The translations under genes and the position numbers were made by a program. Below are positions 37,884 through 50,294 of a DNA stretch of 64,000 nucleotides, in pieces (position 1 is the first letter of the stretch; each line of letters begins with the position of its first letter). Under the pieces are notes generated by a model. It did no database searches. It worked only from the letters and a program-made list of their open reading frames with translations, and was not told where the DNA came from. The DNA is from Rhizodiscina lignyota (taxonomy: Eukaryota). The stretch is from positions 496,001-560,000 of the forward strand of contig ML978122.1 of assembly GCA_010015805.1 (NCBI GenBank), written 5' to 3'.

Positions 37884-40081
37884 ATGTCTGTCGTGTTCCT
37901 CAATAAGGGTCCTCCCACAGGTGAGCAGTTCACTTGGACGTAATCTCAATGGATTGCTGACATGAGCAGTTGATGCTGAGACTTTGAAGGGAGTCGCCGC
38001 GCATAGCAACATTACACTTCGTCCTCAAGATGAAGAGCACTACCGCTATTTGCTAGACTCTTTTGATGCCACAGCTCAGCAAGTTGCTGATTTGCCCGCA
38101 TGGACAAACCCAGAGTTGCTTCCTGAGGCTGGAACACTTCCCAGGAAGTACTGGAAAGAATCTAAAAATCCGCTGAATGCGTGGAGTCACAGAACTGAGA
38201 TCAAATCATCGTCGCCAGAGAACAACAAGCTCGCTGGCAAAACATTCGCGGTCAAAGACAATGTCTCAATTGGCGGCCTTCCAATCACTGGCGGGACGTT
38301 TCCGGAGTAAGTCCTGTTATGATCTTTAATCATATCTACAAGAACGTCCTAATGCTATCTACTCGTTAGTTGTTTCAGTTTGTTGAATTGCAAAGTGTTC
38401 AGTAGCAAGGTTCAAGAGCTATGGGTCAGACTGGGGTCTTTATCTATGAGCTGTACAACATGTTTGAGGAGAACGAAGATGGTTCCAGTGCTAATGTAAT
38501 TCACGTGATCAAGGTTGCTCGTGGGAAAATCAGAGTACCCAATCTCGGAGATTGATGCTGTAGTCGTGTCCCGGATTCTCCAGGCCGGAGGGATCATAGC
38601 AGGCTCGGCAACATGTGAACATTTCTCCATGTCTCCGCTATCATGGACGAGCGCCAATGGCCCTGTCCACAATCCGTGGAGAAAAGGATATACAGCCGGC
38701 GGCAGTAGCAGCGGTCCAGGAGCTTTGGTAGGTGCCGGTGTGATTAAGGCATGGAGAAAGCGTCATGGGCTGCCGCCCATTGATGATGAACTTGGGCCCC
38801 ATGTGGACATGGCAATCGGAGGTGATCAGGGCGGCAGCATCAGAATTCCGGGAGCGTACAACGGAATATACGGACTCAAACCGACGCACGGTTTGGTGCC
38901 ATATACCGGAATTCTTTCCCTGAATCCCATGATCGACCACACGGGCCCAATGTGTGGCACCTTGGAAGACACAGCAGCTATGCTTGGTGTCATGGCAGGC
39001 TACGACGGTATTGATCCGAGAATGACGCCCGAATCGCCGAAGATGGATGAAGTCAAGGATTATTCCGCCATCCTGGCAAACTTTATATCCGAGAAGAAAG
39101 AGAAAGGGGAGTGGACGCCGGAGAAGTCTGGCGTCGGACTGCGTGTTGGAGTCATCAAAGAAGCATTCGAGGTCTTGGGCCTGACAGATGAAGTGAAGGC
39201 GATTGTGAAAGAAGCAGTCGAACGGTTCAAGTCAATCGGAGCTACGGTTGAGGAGGTTTCTATTCCTATGCACACAATTGGTCCCTCTATTTGGTATGTC
39301 CAGCTTGTTCATGCCCAAAGTGATCAGTTCCTTACCTGTGATCAGGACGATTGCAACGCGGATCGGTATTGCGACCCACGGCTTCCAGAACCATCCGCTT
39401 CTCCTTCTCAACCATCCCCTCCCTGGGATCAGGTAAGGCTATGTCTAAATCATACTACAAGAAATGTTCATGCTGACTTTGTAGTCCTCCACCACTTGAC
39501 CAGAAGTCGTACGAGATTCTCACCAAGCACAATCCGGCTGCTGTCAATGTGATATTCAATGCGGACTTCCTGCTCCACAACCGGGAGCCGAATCTACAAG
39601 CAAAGGCCATGATGCGTACGTAATCCCGTCCTTATACGTCTGGGTGACATACTCATGTCTGCGAATTAGATGCTATCCAGCTGCGAAAAGCATACGACGA
39701 CGTGCTAGCTAATTACGACGTCCTCGTGACTCCAATGAATCCGACTACGGGCTCAATGCACCCACAGTACGATCAGACTGTTGGAGAGAAAATGGCACCA
39801 TCAATCGGAGGTACTTTGAACTCATGCCAGTTCAATATCACCGGACGTACGTTCCCTCTCTACATTCAGTTTTGATGATTATGAAAATCCCACGAGACTA
39901 ATAATTCATAGATCCTGGGCTTGCATTCCCAGTAGGGTGGGGAAATGTCGAGAATGGCAAAGGCAAGATGCCCATCGCTATGCAGATCGTTGGCAAACGG
40001 TTCGAGGACGACACTGTGCTCAAAGCCGCCGCAGCGTGGGAGGTTCCAGGCCTGGGTCTCGATTCTTGGGATGGCAAATAA
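37884..40081 (+). CDS. Amidase signature family (GatA-like fold)
   Basis: MSVVFLNK start; LAGKTFAVKDN (catalytic Lys), GGSSSG, GGDQGGSIRIP, GLKPTHGLVPYTG, FNITGHP; several introns; TAA 40079-40081. Confidence 0.9.
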
Positions 40082-40468
40082 GCGAGTCTCTTGAATTGTT
40101 GAGAGTCTCGGCAGCGATACGTGTCTTGGACCCATAGAGAGAGCTACTCTGAGCATTGCGGGATAGACCGCACGCGTTGCGCTTATATCCGTAGATTGAA
40201 AGATATACTTAGATTTCTGTGAATAAACGGGCGCAATTCACGTGAGAATGATTTGTCGGGGCGGCAGCCGGCAGCCATCCCACTTAAGTGCATCGGCACT
40301 ATCGTCCCGGGGGGCTGGCCGACTTACCCGCAATATTCCTCGCTCTCTTACCTTTTGCAGTGGGCTGTACCACTTGAAAAGCTCATCCAGACCTCTAGTA
40401 TATTTCTCTTATCTTACTCCTTACACAATTTGTGGCGCTGATTTCGCAATTGTACCAAAGCAGAAGCC

Positions 40469-41864
40469 ATGGAAAACAACTGCCCAAAGGTGAAAATCCC
40501 CTGGCTGTCCGTCTGCGGAAATGCTTTGTTCTGATTGGCCAATTGCTAATCCCTGAGATGTAGGAGTACGTTCACTGTATGTTTCAAAAGATATTGTTGC
40601 AATTGAATGTCCATTTACTCATGAGTTCAAGACCATGCTGGCGGCAGGCCAGGCTCTCGTCCAATCCTCACTGGGTACGCTACACAAATTCTTCTGAAAG
40701 GAGTGCATTTACTGATCCTCTGCAGAAAGGATGCCAAGCCAACGTTCGAGGAGATCCCAAAGATTGATATGAGCCCGATCTTCTCGGAATCACTAGAAGA
40801 GCGAAAGAAAGTAGCAGCTCAGGTTGGAAAGGCCTGCAAAGAAGTCGGCTTCTTCTATGCTGTAAACCACGGCGTCTCGGAAGAAACCATCCAAGGAGCA
40901 TTCCGTGCAGTTGAGAATTGGTTCTCTCAGCCGGAGGAAGTCAAATTGGAGACGAATATCAATCAAAATAAGCACTTCAGGGGCTATGAGCCGCTTCTCT
41001 CGACGCAGCTTGACCCCAATACTAGAGGAGGTACGCTTGAAGAAAACCAATTTCTGAATTCAAACACTCACGACTCTCGCAGATCTCAAGGAAGCATATA
41101 TGATCGGCGAGGATCCGTATGATCCAGAATCTAGATGTCCAGATGATGTTAAGGAGAAGATTATGAAGAAGCATCCCGATCTGATTCCGCGAAATCAGTG
41201 GCCAAAGATCCCGACTCCTGCAAATCAAGCTCTTCGCCCGGCAGTGTACGGCTATTACAAGGAAATGGTCGACTTCGCGAGGGCCCTGTTGCGAACCTTT
41301 GCCTTGGCCCTCGACATGCCAGAGAATCACTTCGACTCAATTGCGACGTTCCCGAAGTGCAATATGCGGAGTCTGCACTACCCATCGCAAGAGTTCGCAA
41401 CGGACGTTGGAATCGGCGCACACACCGACTACTCTTGCTTCACTTTGGTATGCCAGTCAACCTCATGTCCCTCCGGCCTGCAGGTCCTCAATGCAAACGG
41501 CATCTGGGTGAACGCGCCTCCAGTCGAGAGAACTTTTGTCTGCAATGTTGGCGACTTCTTCCAGGAAGCTACAGCAGGCAGGTTCCTCAGTACTGTGCAC
41601 AGGGTAGTAAACAAGACTGGCTCGGAGAGGTACAGCATTCCATTCTTCTTTGCGCCCAATATGGATGCGGAGATGGCAGTTGTAGAGAGCTGCAGGGAGC
41701 CTGGTAAAGAATACCAGCCTCTCCAGGTGGGGGCATACTTTAAGAAGAGGATTGCGGCTGCGCGGTCGAAGCATCCGGATGGAACCACGCCAGAAAAGAC
41801 ACGAGCGGAGGATGACGGAAAGTTGATTCTGGAGACAGTGAAGCAGGTCGCTGCTGTAGCATAA
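40469..41864 (+). CDS. Isopenicillin N synthase-like Fe(II)/2OG oxygenase (DIOX_N plus 2OG-FeII_Oxy)
   Basis: IPKIDM, ACKEVGFFYAVNHGV, GAHTDY (HxD), STVHRV, RYSIPFF (RxS); the 5' end is built from small exons (MENNCPK; 13-nt exon 40564-40576; 44-nt exon). Confidence 0.9.
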
Positions 41865-42137
41865 TCGTCTGTACACAATGTTATCATTTCAAACATATGC
41901 GACGCCTTTGACGGCCTCTCTCGATACTGAGGCAGTAATATCAAAGTGCCCGAAGAGGAGCTAAATCGCCCATGCCGTTAATTCAAAGAGCTCAAAAAGC
42001 GTCATGTTCAAAACAAGAAGAATTGAAGAAGCTTCCATTGCGTATAATAGTCTATCAAGCCTCCCCGCCCTCTACTATTATCGTACCAGTCTACCGTATC
42101 ATTCCGTACTAGACATGCTGATCCGGTTATCCCTTGC

Positions 42138-43763
42138 TTATGTTCCGACCGAGCCGGAGTTGTCCGCACAGTCGAAGGCACCTCCAATCAGACCAGAAGC
42201 GTACGCATCAATGATCTGCTGAACCACGCCGTAAGTACCACCACCGAGGATGAACAGACCAAGGGCGATCATGCCCCAGTGCATCAGCCAATAGGCCTTG
42301 AACAAAACGTTGCCCTTCCAGTAATCCCAGTGGTCATAAAGCCACAGCCAAGCTGGCAAGCAAATGGCCATCGGAGCGAAGCAGACGCTGCCAGTGAGGG
42401 CAATGAGGAAACTGAAGATTGGTACGGCCTCGCAGATGATAAATGCAACCGCTGCAAGTCCGATGACGGTACCAAGCCAGGTGGCCCAGTGAATGACGGT
42501 GTTATGTTGGAGATGGCGCGAGTCTCTCAGAATACGAACGAAGACGTATTTGGAAGCGACATGGAGATACAGGCACGCGGACACTATGAGACCAACAAGA
42601 CCGATGGCGTAGGAGACGATCTTGACGGTGTGTCCAGCGCTACCGATAGACGGGTTGGCAACATACTGGCCGCACCTTCTGAGTGTTAGCACAAATCTGA
42701 GGTGCTTCTCGTTTTTGGAGAACTTACCATCTATACACAACCAGGGCAAAAGTCAAGTAGGATGCTTGCACAAGAGCCATGCACCAGTAGACGGCCTTGT
42801 TGTACTCCTTGGGATTGCGCATCTCCGAAATCACAGGGAGGAAAGCAGAAGTTCCAGCTGATGAGACGAAGATTGTGGCGGTGGCCGTCATACCGTCGAC
42901 GAAAGTCGTGCTAGGGGGTACCGCAAACCAACCAAGGTCATAATCACCTGTTGGGGGTGCTGTCGCTGGTCGGGTCCTCGTTGTCACAGCGATGCTACTC
43001 ATCGTCAGCAATGGAAGCACTATTATTGTAAACACCAGTTTGACTTACACAACAATGAAGACTGCCGCGTAAATGGAAAAGAATCCAGCATAAGTAAGCC
43101 ATCCGATTTGGTGGAACTTTCGGACGCTAGCAGCAAGGACGACAATGACCGTAGCGACAAATGTGAACCAGACCGTGCAAGCTTTTGAGATATTAGCTTT
43201 AGCCACTGTTGAATGTGTCTCGATGAACTCACCTCCGTGCGTGGAGAAAACATTCAGTGCGATGGAGACACCCAAAATGCCAGAGCCAGTGCAGAGGACA
43301 TATGCGACGATGAAAAGCAAGCCAACGACTTCCCTGAGTACCTTTCCGCCAAGAACGTTCGCCATGTCGGCGATACTATGGCAGCCAGCATGACGATTTC
43401 TGAAATTTCCTTGAACGATTGCAGTGTAGGTGTTCAAGAGACCCCAACCAATCACGGAGAAGCCACCACCAACTGCTCCAAGAGAGAACATCGCCGTCGG
43501 GATACTAAGCACACCAGTCGCGAAGATGACTGCAAACTGGTTAGCAATAATTGCGATTCATAGTCAAGACAGTTCTCACCCTTCAAGAAGATAATGGACG
43601 CCTTTTGCCATGATACAGTACGGAAGTCAACAACATCTTCACCCTTCTTGAAGACTTCGAATTCGTTCTCGATCTCTTTGTCGTAGATGATATCCTCCGC
43701 GTCACCCATGCTGATGCTCCGTCTGTGGATGCTCCCAATGCTTCCATCTTTTTCGCCCGTCAT
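42138..43763 (-). CDS. Amino acid/auxin permease (Aa_trans), Mtr-like neutral amino acid transporter
   Basis: EVFKKGEDVVDFRTVSW, FATGVLSIP, HAGCHSIADMA, SSAGTSAFLPVISEMRNP, GGAFDCADNS; multi-intron. Confidence 0.9.
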
Positions 43764-45463
43764 CTTGTCGACGTTGTATTAGAGTACAATGTAAAAGTTG
43801 AACAAGGGCGAAGCCAAAGAAAATAGTGTCGTGAGGTTCGAACCGTTCGCGCGGGTCAGGCCAAACCTTCAAACGGATACCTCGAACTATGTACTAAACG
43901 GCGCGTCTCCCAACAGAGGGGTTCGTATCTAGGCCCTTGATAGCGAGGTGCGGCAGCCCATGCGCCTTATGCTTGTGTGCCTGCTTGGACAAGCCATGGC
44001 GGACAAGCATATCTACAGTGCTGACCGGGTTCATTCAACCTGGGGGAGGGATTAGCCACTTTGCACGTGGAGATGAGCGATTATGGGAAGGAATGCCCTT
44101 ATCGGTGGCATTAGTCTCAAACCGCAATTGAGCGCTGTCGTGAAAATGACAAGGGTAGATATCGCCGAGAACTCGTTGATGTACAGGACTTCGGCAGTCT
44201 TCCGAAAAGGGAACGAGATATATTGTTGATAAGAACGGTGTTCCAAAACGACTGCATGCTCCCGCAGGATTCCGCAGGCTATTTTCCAAATGTATTAGGA
44301 GACGACAGGCGAACAGGAAGTCCGACGGAGATGGGAATCATGGATGATAAGAAGGGAGGTCTAACCTCTTCAGCGTAAGACTCCTCTTAGTGGGGACTGC
44401 CTAGGCCTGATACAGTAAAGCGCAAGAGGACCAAAACGTAGTTAGAGTTGAACAAAACATTATCAAAGATTTGAAACGGTGTCTCTGGAGGATGGTTAGC
44501 AGGGGCTGAGATCCAGGAAACAAGCAAGCGAACGTCGATCATTCAGGCATGTTGCCTAAAGTCTCCTACTAAATTAAGATTTATTTCTAAACTCGACAGA
44601 AGTCCACGCGAGAACTCAATCTCTCCCAAAGTTCCAGCCTCAAAGATATTGGAATTATTCCAGCTGCTATCTCTGTGGGTCTCGAAAATGCTGAGACTCG
44701 GCCAGTCGTGGACCGGGAAATTCTAGACTCATCGCACGACATGCGAATATTGGCCGGGAGGTGGCTAGCCATGATGCCACGAGTCCGCACTGCGCATGCA
44801 TTCCTGCAGGTCCTGTGGCTGGTTGGAAGCGTTATCTGAACGTTCCCAGGCGCCACTCTCTCGGTTAATGTCGTATCTTTATCTGGAGTTCCAAATGGTG
44901 AAGAAGTTCCAAAATCATACGTCCAGAACTGATAGTCCAAAAGAGGTAATTCCGATGAATTCGCCGAGGACTTGAGTCGTTCACTCGCTCGCATAAACGT
45001 AAGTCGAGACAAAGATGGGCGGGGAAGCTTAACTCTCCCGCCGCAGGTTCCCCGCACAATGTGAATGCGCTTATTAATGGTTTGCTATCAGGGTGTGGGC
45101 CGGAAGCACTGGGGAGCGCGGAAGGCGCTTGTTCGCGTCAATATCAGAACAACCTGTCAGACTAAGCCCTAGCGAGCATCGCCTGTCAACATCCTATCAT
45201 ACGACCAGTCACACGGCGTGAGTGTCTCAACATATGAGGGACTATTCGAGTTGTTCTAGACTCCGCTCCAAGGGTGAACGAAGTGGCTGGGCCCAAAGAT
45301 AGTAGCTGGGCATCAACATCAACATCAACACCATCGCCTAGGAACAATAGCGCGCTTTTAGTACGTTCTTAATGAATAATGCTCTCTCAAAGTATCTCGC
45401 AGTGCTTTGAAACTGATATCCATATCCCCACTGGCCATTTGATACCTTTTTTTGTTCCGTTGA

Positions 45464-46588
45464 TCAAGCGCCACCCGTTCTGCTACCCGGCTTGTACGGG
45501 AACTTCTCCTTGTAGTGTTTCGCGATATTTCGTCTCGTAGTCACCCAGACATCGGGTTTGTCGTTGACGTACTTCATGAAATTTCGTAGCGCCTCTGCTC
45601 TTCCAGCTTTGCCTGATATCCTCGAGTGTAGGGGAATGTTCATCAGTTTTCCTCCTTCTCGGTACAGCATGTCAAACGTGCTCTTCAGGTACTGCTCGTA
45701 CAACTGGCCGGCGCTGGTGACGAAGCCCGGAGACATGTGGAATTTGCCGTCATTGCAATCATAGTTGTAGGGGACTACGAGCATGCCTTTTCGCTCATTC
45801 TCTGGCAGGGAAGCCTCCCAAGGGAGATCTACCCAATACGGCACATCGTCGTTGTACGCTTCGGAGCTGTAGAGCAATTCTGAACCGCACTCTTTCCACA
45901 CGATGGGGCAGAGCGCGTGTGTATTTGGAGTGCCACGGCCGAAGTAGAAGCCTACTGGCATCTCTCCGGTCGCCTGCTTCAGCGTCATGATGGTGTCCTT
46001 GATGTATTTCTTGTCTGCCTCGAGGTCATAGTCCCAGAATTCGAGCCACCGGTAACCTGCAGATCATACAGTCAGTCCTGTCATATTGTGATTATGCCCG
46101 AGAATTGGTCTGGTATAGAGAATGTGGACAATCTTACCATGCGCGCCAATTTCGTGACCTTCCCGAATACATGCTTTTGAGAAGGGCTCATTCCGCTCCA
46201 TAGCTTTGGCAATAGCCCAAATTGTCATTTGCCATCCAAACTCCTTCATCAGCCGCATTATACGCCACACTCCGGATCGACTACCGTATTCAAAGTCATG
46301 CTCGGTATTTAGGTGCCTGCCTCCCGTCTTGACACCTCCAGCGGATCCCTTCTCCCACAAGTAGGGCTCCATAACATCATCTCCATCCGCAACGTTGCGC
46401 TCACCACCCTCTTCGTAGTTCAGGATGAACGAAACCGCTATGCGAGCGCCGTTCGGCCATTGGGGATCGTGTGACTCTTCTCCGAATCCTATGCGTCTTT
46501 TAGTTACAACTCCTCTGCCAGCTGGATGATAGATCGGCTCACCTATGAAGTCCCGCGGAATTTGACAGTTCTCTTCAACATGGACCAT
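45464..46588 (-). CDS. Polysaccharide deacetylase fold, PuuE-type (metal-independent allantoinase-like) hydrolase
   Basis: PRDFIGFG, WPNGARIAVSFILNYEEGGE, EYGSRSGVWR, GHEIGAHGYRW, YNDDVPYW, FDMLYREG, LHSRISG; two introns. Confidence 0.88.
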
Positions 46589-46974
46589 GATGGGCAACAA
46601 ATTACATGAACTGAATGAAATTCAATCTACTTACCAGTATGAAAATCTCAAGGTAAATCTACTTTCATTGCTCCGGTGGTTATCGGCTACTACTGGATCG
46701 AGGAATGAGCGAAGACGGAGCTACCCTGGTTCTCGAAGGAGCTATGACACAACAAAATCCAACGACGTACATCTCTTTCCCTTATCGCGGACGTCAGGCT
46801 TCGCCTGGGATACACACGTCAACATACTCTTCCGCAATAACCGAAGTCACGATGCGAATTCGGCGGTACACCAGCAGTGGGACGACTTAGCCTGGAACGC
46901 GATGATCCGAAGATGCCGAGAAATGCCCAAGTATCGCGGCGCGTCATGGTGTTCGAGGACAGACGCGTCGTACA

Positions 46975-48753
46975 ATGTCTGTCTTTTCAGTGACACCTAA
47001 GGATGGTAATCCTGTCTCTGCGGCAGTCCTCGATGACTGCTGCAAGACGTTGGGGGTCACTGTCAAAGAAGATGAGCACGAGGACTACCGGAAGCTGCTC
47101 GCAGTCTTCCACGAATCGGCTGAAGAGCTGATGGCCCTGCCAGGTAATGATCGAAAGTCCAATTGTAGAATAATTTAATACTGACGATGTAGATTATGAA
47201 CCTCCTGTGGACCTCGAGAGATTCCCTCGCAGAAACCTTCATTTCCCCGACAAGAAGGATAACGAATATGGTGCCTGGGCATGGAAGTTCGACCTCAAAG
47301 ACATTAGGCCTTCGATGACCAAGGGGCTATTAGCCGGGAAGAGACTTGCTTTAAAGGACAACATAGCTGTCAAAGATGTCCCAATGCTTGTTGGTACAGA
47401 TTTCTTCAAGGGTTTTGTGCCGGTGAGATGCAATGATTATACTTGATATCCCCCGAATCCAAGACTAATAGGTATGAATTCAGACCACCGATGCTACTGT
47501 TGTCACGCGCATTCTCGAGGCCGGGGGTCACATCTTGGGCAAGGCCGTATGCGAGAACATGTGTCACAGCGGGACATCACACTCGGCGGCCACTGGTGTG
47601 GTCGAGAATCCACATGTGAAAGGTTACAGCTCAGGAGGCAGTTCAAGTGGCAGCGGTGTGCTTGTTTCGTTGGGCGAAGTGGACATGGCAATCGGTGCAG
47701 ACCAAGGCGGCTCTGTCCGAATACCCAGCTGCAATTGTGGCATTGTTGGACTCAAGCCGACATTCGGGCTCATTCCCTACACAGCTTGCGGCTCGAATGA
47801 GCCAACCAACGACCATCTGGGCCCAATGACGAAATCCGTGCTCGATAATGCGTATCTTCTTCAGGCAATTGCAGGCAATGACAACATCGATGATCGAAGT
47901 TTCGCTGCTCCGCATCCTCAGAATATACCCAGATACGGTGATAATCTGGCGAGACGCCCCAATCCCACGAATCTGAAGGGCATGCGGTTTGGCATCATCT
48001 CTGAGTCTCTTACAAGTGCAGTCGTAGATCCTCGCGTAAAGGCCACCATCCTCGCAGCTGCGGAGACATTCAAGAAGCTCGGTGCAGAAGTCATCGAGGT
48101 CAGCATCCCAATCCACAAGAAAGGGACTGCGATCTGGACGTAAGACCATAAATTTACTCCGATCATATGGCCACACACGCTGACATGATATGAACAGTGG
48201 CGTCAGCAAAGTGGGCGGCTACCTTGCCAAGTCATCTGGCCCGTTCGGACGCCGTGGCTACCAAATGATCGATCTGCAACAGCGCATGTGGCCATTGAGG
48301 CAGGAAGGCTGGGACAATGCATACGTCTCGACGAAGAACATATACTTGAACGGAGTCTATGCTCTGACTGCATTCCCCGAATTATTATCGAAGGCAACGA
48401 ATCTTTCCAGGCAACTCAGAGACTCGTATGACGCCGTTCTCAGCGACGTCGACCTCTTGCTCACTCCAACACTACCTTATGTCGCGACCAGCCACAGCGC
48501 TCCCGATGCCACTCCACTGGACCAGATTGCGAAGCAAGTCGGGCTCACCAGCTCGACCGCTCAATTCAATCAGACTGGGCACCCTGCACTTACGCTGCCA
48601 TGCGGCATGCTGGAGGTCCTAGAAGGACCCGAGAAGGGTTCTGGGAAGAAACTTCCGGTGGGCTTGCAGATCATCGGAAAATGGTGGGATGAAGAGACTG
48701 TGTACAAAGCAGCATATGCATGGGAGCTGTCCAGCGATTGGAAGAATTTGTAA
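46975..48753 (+). CDS. Amidase signature family (GatA-like fold)
   Basis: MSVFSVTP start; LAGKRLALKDN, GGSSSG, GADQGGSVRIP, GLKPTFGLIPYT, FNQTGHPAL, LPVGLQIIG; three introns; divergent from the PuuE-like gene. Confidence 0.92.
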
Positions 48754-49207
48754 TGAGATTAGACCTAGTGAGCCTCTGTTCACAGTTTTCTCACGCGAAT
48801 ACTGTAGTTTGGCTCTTAGATGATAAATGAGAACTTTATGCGTCATGGACTCATGCATCAAGGGACCTCTTTGCCCTTTCGCTTATTCAGTGTCAACCGT
48901 GAGATTCTCCTGCGTACTTTCCTCGAAATTGAAGCCACGCCGCAAGTGTCTGTTTGACGGTTGCAGAAGAATTGCATCGCAGCGAAGAGTAGCTGTTCTA
49001 GCTTCTAGCTCAGCCAAATGGAATTTTTTAGTCATATCTTAGTCACGCAGTGTTCGCCCTCAATATGAAATTCCGGGCGACTGCAATTTGCACTTTCTTT
49101 CATTCTCCGATTAAAAATGGGATATCCGTGATTTCCCTACTACCAAGACGATCTTTCTGTGTCACGCCAATACTTTCCTTTCCAATGAAATCGCGTGCCG
49201 TATTACA

Positions 49208-49996
49208 ATGACAGAAAGCAAGACAAATATCTTGATCACTGGGGCCGCATCCGGGATTGGATTATGCTTCCTTGAACATTTCCGAAGACAAGCGAATACA
49301 TGGACTATCGCCGTTGATAGAATGGAGATCCCAATCAGCAGGACTTTAGATGACTCTTGGATGAGCGTTCACGCAGATCTTACAGACGAGATTTCGCTCC
49401 GGAACGTAATGCGAGAAATTGGCGATATCCCAATTCATCTCGTGATACATAGCGCTGGCATTAGAGGCCTCATGCCGCCAGTCTCCGAAGTAAACGATGT
49501 GCCGAGCAGAGAGACATGGCAAGCGATAACCACCTCGAAATTGGTGGAGACCTTCAATATCAACACGGCCGCAACCTTCTCGTTGCTGAAGATGCTAATG
49601 GGCCGCCTCATTTGGGCTGGCACGAATGATGTTTGGATGGCCGATGAGAATGGACATCCAACGGCTCGCTGTCCTTGGGTTTTCGCTCCGAAAGTTGTCA
49701 TCATGACATCTCGAATGGGATCAGTCTCTTACAACTCGGTTGGTGGAGCATATGCGTATCGCGCTAGCAAAGCTGCACTTAATGCAATCGTTAAGAGCTT
49801 CAGCATAGACATGCCGGAAATACTGTTTGCCTTAGTACATCCGGGCAGAGTAGAGACTGGCCTTGTCGAATTCAAAGAGGAGAGGGCAATGGGAGCTGAG
49901 GAGAGCGTTGGAGACATGCTGAAGCTTATTGAGCGCCTTGAGCTTAAAGACAGCGGAAGATTCATGGACAGATTTGGAGAAGATATTGGGTGGTGA
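49208..49996 (+). CDS. Short-chain dehydrogenase/reductase (CsgA/C-factor-like)
   Basis: ILITGAASGIG, IHSAGI, TSRMGS, YAYRASKAALN, VHPGRVET, GRFMDRFGEDIGW; intronless. Confidence 0.88.
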   Translation: MTESKTNILITGAASGIGLCFLEHFRRQANTWTIAVDRMEIPISRTLDDSWMSVHADLTDEISLRNVMREIGDIPIHLVIHSAGIRGLMPPVSEVNDVPSRETWQAITTSKLVETFNINTAATFSLLKMLMGRLIWAGTNDVWMADENGHPTARCPWVFAPKVVIMTSRMGSVSYNSVGGAYAYRASKAALNAIVKSFSIDMPEILFALVHPGRVETGLVEFKEERAMGAEESVGDMLKLIERLELKDSGRFMDRFGEDIGW

Positions 49997-50020
49997 AACG
50001 GCAGGCGTTCCATCTACGTT

Positions 50021-50294
50021 CACCTTCTTCCGCAGGGCTCGCACTGTGCGCGAAATTCGACCTATATTCGAATTTCACCTTCTTCTACGGAGCTTGCGCT
50101 ATGTACGCAAGTTGGCCTGTATTCAAAGTTTACCTTCTTCGAAGAAGTTCGCAATATGCGCACACATTACACGATGTACCGACTCACCTCGCGCGAACTA
50201 TCTCGCACTACGCATGGATGTTAGACTATTTGCGGAGTTCATCTTCTTCGAGGGAGCTCACACTGCTACTATATGGATCCAGCTCACTGTTCAC
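50021..50294. repeat. Degenerate tandem array, five units of 54-55 bp
   Basis: Units start at 50021, 50076, 50131, 50185 and 50240 with CACCTTCTTC, CACCTTCTTC, TACCTTCTTC, CACCTCGCGC and CATCTTCTTC, each followed by a variant of G(A)GCTCGCACT(A/G)TG. Confidence 0.75.

Noticed and set aside
50021..50294. CRISPR-like reading of the 55-bp array
   Set aside because: The 'spacer' halves resemble each other (units 1, 2 and 4), the repeats are degenerate, there are no cas genes and the host is eukaryotic; this is a tandem duplication
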